The notes under the pieces are model-generated. The model was not told where the DNA came from. It made no database searches and was given only the letters and a program-made list of their open reading frames with translations. DNA of 44,505 nt, taken from positions 1-44,505 of the forward strand of contig CAZPTH010000001.1 of the NCBI GenBank assembly GCA_964589315.1. The letters run 5' to 3'. Below are positions 19,926 to 28,429 of this stretch, piece by piece; position 1 is the stretch's first letter; each line of letters opens with the position of its first letter. Source of the DNA: an uncultured Thermodesulfobacteriota bacterium (lineage in GTDB: Bacteria > Desulfobacterota > S145-22). Made by a program: the position numbers and the translations under genes.

Positions 19926-20381
19926 TTACCATTCAAATTCCAGGTTTGCCTTTACGATATCTTCAAAGGGAATCGTCACTTCCTTTTTCCCGTCTCGCAG
20001 CCTGATTTCTCCGTCCTCTTCCCCGGTGAGGACCCCCCTGAATACCTTCTGGCCTTCAAACTCCCTTGATGTCTTAATCTTGACTTTCCTCCCCTTGAAG
20101 CGGGCATAATCCTGAAGCCTTTTCAAGGGACGTGTCAGCCCCGGCGAAGACACCTCAAGGGTATAGGCCTGCCCGGGGAAACAATCTTCCACATCCAACC
20201 GGGGGTCGAGCTGGTGGCTGAAGGCGGCACAGTCGTCAATCGTGACGCCTCCATCCTTATCGATGGTGACACGCAAAATCCAGCCCCGGTTTCCCGGAAC
20301 GAATTCCACGTCCACGATCTCATATCCCATCCAGTCTCCGATCTCATTGCAGATCGCCTCGACCACCTTGAGGTCCTTCAT
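19926..20381 (-). CDS. rimP: ribosome maturation factor RimP
   Basis: LRVTIDKDGGVTIDDCAAFSHQL...YTLEVSSPGLTRPLK. It is the first gene of the nusA-infB operon. Confidence 0.9.
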   Translation of the reverse strand: MKDLKVVEAICNEIGDWMGYEIVDVEFVPGNRGWILRVTIDKDGGVTIDDCAAFSHQLDPRLDVEDCFPGQAYTLEVSSPGLTRPLKRLQDYARFKGRKVKIKTSREFEGQKVFRGVLTGEEDGEIRLRDGKKEVTIPFEDIVKANLEFEW

Positions 20382-20397
20382 TTCTATCCCTCAAATA

Positions 20398-20422
20398 GAA
20401 GGCGGGCTCAACGCCCGCCTTC
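20398..20422 (-). promoter_or_regulatory. leader hairpin immediately upstream of the rimP RBS (candidate attenuator)
   Basis: Perfect 10-bp GC-rich stem GAAGGCGGGC-5 nt-GCCCGCCTTC. On the minus strand it is followed by UAUUUGAGGGAUAGAAAUG, which is a short U-stretch, then the RBS, then the rimP ATG. Confidence 0.35.
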
Positions 20423-20443
20423 CAAGCGAACTAAATTTTGCGC

Positions 20444-20472
20444 AAGTTAACATAAATTTTTAAGAAAATCAA
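20444..20472 (-). promoter_or_regulatory. candidate sigma70 promoter of the rimP-nusA-infB operon
   Basis: Minus strand: TTGATT (20472-20467), a 17-nt spacer, then TAACTT (20449-20444). The -10 element is weak, so this is tentative. Confidence 0.25.
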
Positions 20473-20744
20473 GCCCCTTAATCCCATAAAAAATTCTCTC
20501 TATACCAAAAATACCCGGAGGGCATTCTTCCCCGTATTTTCAACTTCGAACACATCCGCAAAAACTTCTCTGCAACGAAGCTTTAACCTGTTTGTCTCGC
20601 GGGTTGGCGGCCTACTTAAACTCAACTTCTGCCCCTTCAAGAAATTCCGCGCGAAAACAGGTTCCCCGAGTTTCCGCTTTTCAAGTGCGTGCCAGTATGT
20701 TAGGAAAGGGTCCAAAAAGCTATGAAACTTTAGACATTACCGTT

Positions 20745-21710
20745 ATGCTGACCTTTAGCCTGATTCTCATCGCAAGTTTCGCTGTCCTTCTTCTCTGCGG
20801 GAATCTCTTTGTCTCCGGGGCCGTAGGAATCGCGGAGCGAAATCACATCCCAAAGATCATCATCGGGACACTCCTGGTGAGCATGGGCACGACCCTTCCC
20901 GAACTGGCCGTTTCTGTCCAGTCTGCCGTTATGGGATACAGCAACCTCGCCCTCGGCAATGCCATCGGCTCGGTGATCGCCGATGACGCCCTTGCTTTTG
21001 GGCTGGCCGCCTTGTTCGCGCCTTTGCCCTTCATCGTCAACCGCAAACTGATCAAGCCATCTGCCATGGTCCTGATTGGTAGCGTGCTTCTTCTCTATGC
21101 CTTCTCTTTGAATGGCACTATCACGCGCCTCGAGGGGATCATCTTCCTTGTCATTCTGCTCATCTATTTCGCCTGGTTTATCTCATACGCCAAAACGCAA
21201 CGGGACATCCTCCGCTCCGAAACCCTTGAATCCCATATTCCCAAGGTTCCATCACGGAGTAACCGCACCCTGATAGGAATTTTCACGGTCGGCCTCATCG
21301 GCGTTCTCGTTTCCAGTCGCGGGGTGATCTGGGCCGCCACAGGAATCTCGAGGCTCATGGGAATTTCCGAGATCATTATCGGCCTTACGGTTGTCGCCAT
21401 CGGGACATCTCTTCCGGAGGTGACGACCTGTATCATCGCCACCCTGAAAAAGGAGGGAGACATCGCGGCGGGTGACATCATCGGGGCAGATATTCTGAAT
21501 ATCCTTTGGATCATTGGTATGTCCGCCACGGCCCATCCCCTGACGGCCGAGGTCAGAACCCTCCATTTCTACGGGACCACGCTGATTCTTGTCGTTGGAC
21601 TTTTTCTCTCGTTTCTCCTCTTTTCCAGGAAGATACGAAAAGTTCATGGGGTTATTCTCGTCCTGATTTATGCCCTCTTTCTCACCATCTCCTATCTTTT
21701 TTTCAGGTGA
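20745..21710 (+). CDS. CaCA-family sodium/calcium exchanger membrane protein (YrbG-like)
   Basis: Two alpha-repeat motifs (GTLLVSMGTTLPELAVS and GLTVVAIGTSLPEVTT) and about 10 hydrophobic helices. Start set at ATG 20745 (MLTFSLILIA), just before the first TM helix. Confidence 0.85.
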   Translation: MLTFSLILIASFAVLLLCGNLFVSGAVGIAERNHIPKIIIGTLLVSMGTTLPELAVSVQSAVMGYSNLALGNAIGSVIADDALAFGLAALFAPLPFIVNRKLIKPSAMVLIGSVLLLYAFSLNGTITRLEGIIFLVILLIYFAWFISYAKTQRDILRSETLESHIPKVPSRSNRTLIGIFTVGLIGVLVSSRGVIWAATGISRLMGISEIIIGLTVVAIGTSLPEVTTCIIATLKKEGDIAAGDIIGADILNILWIIGMSATAHPLTAEVRTLHFYGTTLILVVGLFLSFLLFSRKIRKVHGVILVLIYALFLTISYLFFR

Positions 21711-21768
21711 TCGCGTGAAATTTTCATCTCTTTTACGAAAACCTTTTGCCTCCCCCACACACAAGATA

Positions 21769-22782
21769 ATGGGAGGGGTCGCCTCCCTCTTGTCCCTTGC
21801 ACTTCTCGCCCTGCTTGCCTGCAGTCATCCCCAGATCCTGCACAAGGGTCAATGGATCATGGGAACGGTCGTGGAGATCACCTGGGTTGGGTCCCCCGAT
21901 GCCGAGGGAACGATTGAGTCGGCCTTTGACATGGTCAAATCGGTGGACGCGGCCATGAATCCCGACAAACCCGGAAGCGAACTTTACCGCGTCAACGCCC
22001 ATGCGGGAAAGGGGGGAATCCCTGTCTCCCCCATGTCCTGCAGGGTCATTCAGGAAGGTCTCCGGATCGGGCATGAAACTGGAGGGGCCTTCGATATCGC
22101 CATGGGTCCCCTCATCAGGCTCTGGGGATGGGACACCAAGACCCCGCGCCTGCCATCCCGGGAGGCTATCACACGCGCCCTGGCAAAAACGGGGCTGGAT
22201 AAGGTGACCTGTGATCCCACCAACCATCGGATCACCCTGAAGGAATCGGGCATGTCCCTCGATCTCGGCGGCATTGCCAAGGGATTCGCCGTTGACCTGG
22301 CAACAAAGCGCCTTCGGAAAGGGGGAATTGCCAATTTCATCATCAATGCGGGCGGCGACCTCTACGTGTCGGGGAATCCGCCGGGGCGGCCCTGGCGCAT
22401 AGGCATCCAGGATCCCGACAATCCCCGTGCCATCATCGCGAGCCTCCCCCTCAAAAACCGGGCCATCGCCACGTCGGGGGATTACGAAAACTACTTCATG
22501 AAAGACAATGTCCGCTATCATCACCTCCTGGATCCCACCACGGGATTTCCCGCCCGGGGTCTCCGAAGCGTATCCGTCCTGGCCAAGACCACCATGGATG
22601 CCGACGCCCTTGCCACGGCCCTCTTTGTCATGGGAAAGAAAAGGGCCATCCGATGGCTCCAGGCGCATCCTGACACCGAGGGAATCCTCGTGGACAGCAG
22701 GCTGCACGTGGATGCGTCCAGCTCCCTGAAGGGTTTGATTAAGTGGAAAAAAAGGTTTAAGAAAAGGGTCAGCTATTTTTAG
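21769..22782 (+). CDS. apbE: FAD:protein FMN transferase (ApbE), predicted lipoprotein
   Basis: Lipoprotein-type signal MGGVASLLSLALLALLAC. ApbE motifs: LDLGGIAKGFAVD, INAGGDLYVSG, AIATSGDYENYF, HHLLDPTTG, DADALATALFVMG. A GTG start at 21715 is an alternative. Confidence 0.88.
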   Translation: MGGVASLLSLALLALLACSHPQILHKGQWIMGTVVEITWVGSPDAEGTIESAFDMVKSVDAAMNPDKPGSELYRVNAHAGKGGIPVSPMSCRVIQEGLRIGHETGGAFDIAMGPLIRLWGWDTKTPRLPSREAITRALAKTGLDKVTCDPTNHRITLKESGMSLDLGGIAKGFAVDLATKRLRKGGIANFIINAGGDLYVSGNPPGRPWRIGIQDPDNPRAIIASLPLKNRAIATSGDYENYFMKDNVRYHHLLDPTTGFPARGLRSVSVLAKTTMDADALATALFVMGKKRAIRWLQAHPDTEGILVDSRLHVDASSSLKGLIKWKKRFKKRVSYF

Positions 22783-22858
22783 GCGAAGGCGGCATGAAAA
22801 AGATGAAAAAGATTTTGTACCCTTATCTCAACCCTCAATTCCCTGAAAGGAAAAATTC

Positions 22859-23836
22859 ATGAAAATACTGCTTACCGGGGCGGCCGGGTTTATCGGGTCT
22901 CACTTTGCCGAGGCCCTTCTCGAGGAAGGCCATCAGGTCATCTCCATTGACAACCTGAACCCCTTCTACGATCCCGCCATCAAGGAACGGAACCTGCTCA
23001 AGATCACGGAGAAAATGGGAAATTCCGGTCAGTTCATCGATCTCAGGGGGGATATTCGCGACACTGTTTTCATTCGCGAGGTCTTCAAGACCCATCAACC
23101 CCAGGAGGTCGTCCATCTCGCCGCCATGGCCGGCGTGCGTCCCTCCATCGCCGATCCTGTCACCTACCAGGAGGTGAACATTCGCGGAACCATGAACCTG
23201 CTGGAGTCCATGAAGGAGTTCGGGGTCTCCCGGATGATCTTCGCGTCCTCTTCCTCGGTTTACGGAAACAATCCCAAGGTGCCCTTCTCCGAAGACGATA
23301 ACGTGGACCATCCCATCTCTCCCTACGCCGCGACGAAAAAGGCGGGGGAACTGATTTGCTACACCTATCACCACCTCTACCAGTTCATGATCGTCGCCCT
23401 GAGATTCTTCACGGTTTACGGACCAAGGCAGCGCCCGGAGATGGCCATTCACAAGTTCACGCGTCTTATCGACGAGGGGCGTCCCGTTCCCATGTTCGGG
23501 GACGGCACCTCAAAACGAGACTACACATTTATCACGGACATCATTGACGGGATGAAACGGGTCAGAAAAATCCAATCGGGCTTCCATCTCTACAACCTGG
23601 GCGAATCCCGAACCACTTCCCTGAGTGATCTCATTCACCTGATCGAAGAGGCCATGGGTAAAAAGGCCAACATCCAGAACCTGCCCCAGCAGCCCGGGGA
23701 TGTCAACATCACCTACGCCGATATCTCACGCGCCAGGAAAGAACTGGGCTATGACCCCCACACCACGATGGAAGAGGGGATCCAGCGATTCGTGGCCTGG
23801 TATCGGGAATTTAAACGAGATTTCTCTCGTGGATAA
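22859..23836 (+). CDS. SDR-family NAD-dependent sugar-nucleotide epimerase (UDP-glucuronate/UDP-glucose 4-epimerase-like)
   Basis: Rossmann motif MKILLTGAAGFIGSH, catalytic SPYAATKKAGE (YxxxK), and RFFTVYGPRQRPEMA. Confidence 0.88.
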   Translation: MKILLTGAAGFIGSHFAEALLEEGHQVISIDNLNPFYDPAIKERNLLKITEKMGNSGQFIDLRGDIRDTVFIREVFKTHQPQEVVHLAAMAGVRPSIADPVTYQEVNIRGTMNLLESMKEFGVSRMIFASSSSVYGNNPKVPFSEDDNVDHPISPYAATKKAGELICYTYHHLYQFMIVALRFFTVYGPRQRPEMAIHKFTRLIDEGRPVPMFGDGTSKRDYTFITDIIDGMKRVRKIQSGFHLYNLGESRTTSLSDLIHLIEEAMGKKANIQNLPQQPGDVNITYADISRARKELGYDPHTTMEEGIQRFVAWYREFKRDFSRG

Positions 23837-24578
23837 TCCGTAACCCGTCAAGGGTCAGCAGCTCATCCGTCTCATCGATGGTCTGGGCTTCCATCCCCAC
23901 GAGGCGGGACAACCCGCCGGTGGCGATAACCTTTGTCTCCCCCTTCATCTCCCTCTTGATCCGACGGACCAGGCCGTCCACCATCTCCACGTATCCGTAA
24001 AGGAGCCCCGACTGGATGCTATGGACGGTGGTCTTGCCGATCACGCTTCCGGGCCAGCAGAGGGCCACCCTCGGAAGCTTGGAGGCAAACTGAAAGAGGG
24101 CCTCCATGGAGATATGAACCCCGGGGGCAATCACCCCACCAAGGTATTCCCCCTTTTTTGAAACGCAGTCAAAGGTAGTCGCTGTTCCGAAATCGACCAC
24201 GATGGTCTGGATCTTGAACCGTTCATATCCCGCCACCGCGTTCACGATCCGGTCCGCTCCCACCTCCGACGGGTTACTGTAGAATATGGGCATGCCTGTC
24301 TTGACGCCGGGCCCCACCACGAGTGGCGCAAACCCGAACATTTTCTGCAGTGAAACAGGCAAGGCCTCCAGAACGGTAGGGACCACACAGGAGACGATAG
24401 CTGACGATATGGTTCCCATGTCCATCTCCTCCAGCTCGAAGAGTCTGGACACGAGAACCCGATACTCGTCAACGGAACGGTTTGCCAGGGTGCTGACCCG
24501 CCAGCTTATCTTCAGGTTCTTGCCATCGAAGACCCCGAAAACCGTATTGGTATTCCCGACATCTATGGCAAGCAGCAT
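23811..24578 (-). CDS. coaX: type III pantothenate kinase
   Basis: MLLAIDVGNTNTVFGVF, GADRIVNAV, VVDFGTATTFD. Its 3' end overlaps the convergent epimerase gene by 26 nt. Confidence 0.92.
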   Translation of the reverse strand: MLLAIDVGNTNTVFGVFDGKNLKISWRVSTLANRSVDEYRVLVSRLFELEEMDMGTISSAIVSCVVPTVLEALPVSLQKMFGFAPLVVGPGVKTGMPIFYSNPSEVGADRIVNAVAGYERFKIQTIVVDFGTATTFDCVSKKGEYLGGVIAPGVHISMEALFQFASKLPRVALCWPGSVIGKTTVHSIQSGLLYGYVEMVDGLVRRIKREMKGETKVIATGGLSRLVGMEAQTIDETDELLTLDGLRIIHERNLV

Positions 24579-24579
24579 G

Positions 24580-25572
24580 CTATTCCTCAGGGAGAACGAT
24601 CGTTTCCAGGTCCCCCGCGATCACGCGTTTCTTCTCGCCCCCTTCCTGCTGAACAATCAGGGCGCCATAGGAATCCACGTCGACCACTTCGCCTTCGATC
24701 TCCTCATTGAAAGAGCGAATTTTTACCTCATTCCCAATGATGTTCGCCCGTTCCTTCCACTCGGAGAGAATTCGCTTGTCTCCCCCATCCCTCAGGAACA
24801 CGCTATACCAGTAATCCATCTGGCGAAGGAGTTCCTTAACGAACGGGACGCGCTTCACGCGCTTCTTGGTCTCCTCATAAAGGGAGGTAGATACCTCGCG
24901 AATCTCCTCGGGGAACTTATTCTTCTTGACGTTCAGGTTGATCCCCATACCAATGACGGCGAAATTCACCACGTCGGTTTCCGTGCTTAATTCGCACAAA
25001 ACCCCTGCGACCTTTTTTCCGCTCATCAGGATATCGTTGGGCCATTTAATGGCGGGCTTCACGGCCGTAACGGCATAGATCGTCTCGTACAGGGCTATCC
25101 CGGCCAGATAGGTCAGCATGGTCGCCAGATACGGGACTATCTTTGGCCGCAATACGATCGACAGGGAGAGAGACTGGCGACGGAAGGAAAACCACGTGCG
25201 GTTGAGGCGGCCCTTTCCACCCGTCTGGTGATCTGTAACGATCACCAGGCCATCCTTGCCTCCCTCGGAGGCCGCGCGAAAGGCCTCCGCGTTGGTCGAC
25301 TCCAGCACGGGATAGTAACGGATTTCGCTCCCCACGATCTTCGTCCCGAGACGGTACTGAATCTCCTCGGGCGTCAGGATGTCCGGGGAACGCATCAGGC
25401 GATACCCCATGTTCTGCCTGGCATCGATCACGTACCCCAGGTCCTTCAGCGCCGAGATCCGTTTCCAGATGGCGGCACGGGTAATGCCGACTTCCCGGCT
25501 GATAATTTCACCTGAGACAAACCTGCCTTCATGGTCCTTCAGAATATGGATAATCTTTTCATTGTCCATCAT
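24580..25572 (-). CDS. birA: bifunctional biotin-[acetyl-CoA-carboxylase] ligase / biotin operon repressor
   Basis: N-terminal winged HTH (SGEIISREVGITRAAIWKRISALKDLGY) and ligase core QTGGKGRLNRTW, KWPNDIL. Confidence 0.92.
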   Translation of the reverse strand: MMDNEKIIHILKDHEGRFVSGEIISREVGITRAAIWKRISALKDLGYVIDARQNMGYRLMRSPDILTPEEIQYRLGTKIVGSEIRYYPVLESTNAEAFRAASEGGKDGLVIVTDHQTGGKGRLNRTWFSFRRQSLSLSIVLRPKIVPYLATMLTYLAGIALYETIYAVTAVKPAIKWPNDILMSGKKVAGVLCELSTETDVVNFAVIGMGINLNVKKNKFPEEIREVSTSLYEETKKRVKRVPFVKELLRQMDYWYSVFLRDGGDKRILSEWKERANIIGNEVKIRSFNEEIEGEVVDVDSYGALIVQQEGGEKKRVIAGDLETIVLPEE

Positions 25573-25584
25573 AATCTAATCCTC

Positions 25585-27615
25585 CTATGTGATTTGGTCA
25601 TGCCGGAAATACCGCATGGTAAAGTTCCCTCTGCCCTGAGTCAGGGAACGAAGGGTCGTGGAGTATCCGAAAAGCTGCTTCAGGGGTACCCGCGCCTGGA
25701 TCGATGTAATCTTTCCCTTGCTCTCAAGGCTGTGAACTTCGCCTTTCCGGCTGTTGATATCTGAGATAACCTCTCCCACAAACTCTTCGGGCGTAAGGAT
25801 ATCAAGCTCCATGATGGGTTCAAGAAGAATGATATCCGCCTTATGAGTTCCTTCCCTTATGGCCGTTGCGGCTGCAATACGCAGCGATGAAATCGCATGA
25901 TCATTTTCCTCCCATTTTACATCCTTCAATCGTACATCCACATCGATCATCGGACTCCCCGAAAGGGGGCCGAATGACAGGGCATCCATGATGCCGTCTC
26001 GAACCGTCTGTCGATACTCCGGCGGAAGGGTCTCTCCCACTTCATCATCCGAATAGCGGTTCCCCGTCCCCCTCTCCGCCGGCGCCATCTCCGCGGTTAC
26101 CTCGGCATATCCATGAACACCCGCAATCTCACGGTCAAAAATACCCGTGGAAATAACCGGTTTGCTGATCGTTTCCCGATAGACCACCTGGGGCTGTCCC
26201 ACGTGGACCCGCAATCCGTAATCCTCCATCAGTCGGGTGGTAACCACGTTCAGATGGAGTTCCCCCATTCCCGAGATCACCACCTGCCCGGTCTCTTCAT
26301 CCGTTTTGACCTGAAACGTGGGGTCCTCCTCCATAATCTGGGTGAGCACCTCCTGGACCCGCTCCGCTTCCTGGTTTGAAACCGTCTCGATAGCCACGGA
26401 AATAACGGGTTCGTAACTGTCGATAGGCTCCAGAAGGATAGGATCCGTGGCATCACACAGGGTGTTTCCCGTGGACGATTTTTTCAGCCCTATGACACCC
26501 ACGATGTCCCCGGCCTTGGCCTCGTCGATTCGTTTCCTGTGGTTCGCGTGGATCTCAAGGATACGGGCAATCTTTTCCCGCTTCCTCAGGTTCAGGTTGT
26601 AGACCTCTTCCCCGACCCGAACGTGACCAGAATAGATCCTGACGAAGCAGAGTTTTCTCCCCTGGTCCATCATGACCTTGAAGACAAGCGCGGAGAACGG
26701 GGCCTTGATATCGGGTGGCCTCGTGGTCTTCTCTCCCGTCTTGGGATTAACCCCTGAGATGGGAGGAACCTCCAGGGGAGAGGGCAGGAAATCCACGATG
26801 GCATCCATCAGGGGCTGGATTCCCTTGTTCTTCAGGGCGGAGCCGCAGAGAACCGGAACGATCTCCATCCCGAGGGTCCGTTTGCGAAGCCCCTTCAGGA
26901 TGTCTGCCTCTGGCAGATCCCCCTCTTCCAGGTAACGTTCCATCAGGGTATCATCCGCTTCCGCCACCGCTTCGAGAAGCATCTCTCGATAACGGTTTGC
27001 CTCTTCCTTCATCTCTTCAGGAATCGAAATTTCCGTGAATTCGTTTCCCAGGCCATCATCCGACCACACAATCCCCTTCATCCTGATCAGGTCAACGACT
27101 CCCCTGAACGCGCTTTCCAGCCCGATGGGCCTCTGAAGAACGACGGGGGGGGTGTTAAATCGCTCTTTCATCATGGAAAGCACATGATCAAAATCCGCCC
27201 CGATACGATCCATCTTGTTGATAAAGGCGATCCGCGGAACTTGGTATTTGTCCGCCTGGTGCCACACGGTCTCGGACTGGGGTTCCACGCCGCCAACCCC
27301 ACAGAACACCACGACGGCCCCATCCAGGACCCGGAGGGAACGCTCCACCTCGATGGTGAAGTCCACGTGCCCGGGGGTGTCGATGAGGTGGATCTCATAA
27401 TCCCGCCAGAAGAAATTCGTAACGGCCGAGGTGATGGTAATACCCCGTTCCTGCTCCTGGGACATCCAGTCCAGGGCGGTATCTCCGTCGTGAACTTCCC
27501 CCATCTTGTGGATTTTCCCCGTGTAATAGAGCATTCGCTCCGACACGGTGGTCTTCCCCGCATCGATGTGGGCAATGATGCCAATGTTCCGAATCTTTTT
27601 AAGCCCTTTCTTCAT
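25585..27615 (-). CDS. fusA: elongation factor G paralog (stand-alone, outside a str operon)
   Basis: [39 protein letters not shown]. It is 676 aa with domains II-V recognisable and is followed directly by birA-coaX. Confidence 0.9.
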   Translation of the reverse strand: MKKGLKKIRNIGIIAHIDAGKTTVSERMLYYTGKIHKMGEVHDGDTALDWMSQEQERGITITSAVTNFFWRDYEIHLIDTPGHVDFTIEVERSLRVLDGAVVVFCGVGGVEPQSETVWHQADKYQVPRIAFINKMDRIGADFDHVLSMMKERFNTPPVVLQRPIGLESAFRGVVDLIRMKGIVWSDDGLGNEFTEISIPEEMKEEANRYREMLLEAVAEADDTLMERYLEEGDLPEADILKGLRKRTLGMEIVPVLCGSALKNKGIQPLMDAIVDFLPSPLEVPPISGVNPKTGEKTTRPPDIKAPFSALVFKVMMDQGRKLCFVRIYSGHVRVGEEVYNLNLRKREKIARILEIHANHRKRIDEAKAGDIVGVIGLKKSSTGNTLCDATDPILLEPIDSYEPVISVAIETVSNQEAERVQEVLTQIMEEDPTFQVKTDEETGQVVISGMGELHLNVVTTRLMEDYGLRVHVGQPQVVYRETISKPVISTGIFDREIAGVHGYAEVTAEMAPAERGTGNRYSDDEVGETLPPEYRQTVRDGIMDALSFGPLSGSPMIDVDVRLKDVKWEENDHAISSLRIAAATAIREGTHKADIILLEPIMELDILTPEEFVGEVISDINSRKGEVHSLESKGKITSIQARVPLKQLFGYSTTLRSLTQGRGNFTMRYFRHDQIT

Positions 27616-27769
27616 TCCATGTCCGTATCGTAATATGAAACCAATTAGTTTAGGATATTATAAACCTTATTATTAAAATGTCAATTGAATAAACCGAAAA
27701 AATTACAATTTTTTATTCTTGTATTTCTTGATGTCAAAGGGAGTTATGGAATATATGTATAAAAATTAG

Positions 27770-27825
27770 GGTAAAAATTTAATAAAAATAAAGACTCCCG
27801 GAGAAGTAAACCTCCTCCGGGAGTC
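27770..27825 (-). terminator. rho-independent terminator closing the catabolic operon
   Basis: 11-bp perfect stem GACTCCCGGAG / CTCCGGGAGTC (27793-27825) with a 10-nt loop. On the minus strand it is followed by TTTATTTTTATT. It begins 7 nt after the stop of the last operon gene. Confidence 0.75.
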
Positions 27826-27831
27826 CTGTTG

Positions 27832-28410
27832 CTATCTCAATCCGTCTTCACACTTGGCCTCTTCCTTCTTCAGGCCGCCAACCCTCGCCAGGGGGCGTCC
27901 CGAATCGGTAACCACCAGGGCGACAACGATTTCATCGTTGCGCGGGGCGTCCGGCACCCGGATCTCCATGGCATCGAAATGAGACCTGACAAAGGCGGCA
28001 TCCTTGAAATGCAGGGGAACATCGAGGGTAACTCCGGGTCCCCCCATCTTCTTGGCCGAAGGAATAATCGCCTTCCCTCCTCCCAGGGCCTCGCGGAAGG
28101 GTTTTCCCAGTTTTGGATGGAGGATGGCCGCGGCGTGTTCAAGTTCGCCATCCAGACCGACGATGGCGCCCTTTCCATAGCTCTCGGACTTCTCCTTTGG
28201 AATTCCCAGGGCCTTCACAGCCAGTTCGCCCAGCATACTTCCCAACTGTTCGCCGATGTCCATCAAATCGGAAAGGTCCTCCTGGTATTTTCCCGCAAAG
28301 GGATTCTTGAGCACGACAATGGCCGCCGCCTTCCGGTGCGGCGGATCAACCTTCTGCCCCATCTCTTCCCGAATCTCCTCAACGACCGTGAACATTTTAC
28401 GAATCTCCAT
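27832..28410 (-). CDS. AA_synth (PF06684, 'amino acid synthesis', DUF1185) family protein, function unknown
   Basis: MEIRKMFTVVEE...VVLKNPFAGKYQEDLS...YGKGAIVGLDGELEHAAAILHPKLG...IPSAKKMGGPG...LHFKDAAFVRSHFDAMEIRVPDAPRNDEIVVALVVTDSGRP. This matches my memory of the family consensus very closely. Confidence 0.75.
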   Translation of the reverse strand: MEIRKMFTVVEEIREEMGQKVDPPHRKAAAIVVLKNPFAGKYQEDLSDLMDIGEQLGSMLGELAVKALGIPKEKSESYGKGAIVGLDGELEHAAAILHPKLGKPFREALGGGKAIIPSAKKMGGPGVTLDVPLHFKDAAFVRSHFDAMEIRVPDAPRNDEIVVALVVTDSGRPLARVGGLKKEEAKCEDGLR

Positions 28411-28429
28411 GACACGTACCTCCTTTTAT

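Noticed and set aside
20500-20715. 71-aa minus-strand ORF in the rimP/antiporter intergenic region
   Set aside because: It has no RBS and no recognisable family, and it overlaps the equally dubious N-terminal extension of the plus-strand ORF. I treated the region as non-coding regulatory DNA.
20382-20744. Possible metY-like initiator tRNA upstream of rimP, as in E. coli
   Set aside because: I read both strands and found no acceptor/T-arm pattern (no GGTTCAAATCC-like box, no CCA-proximal stem). No tRNA is present.
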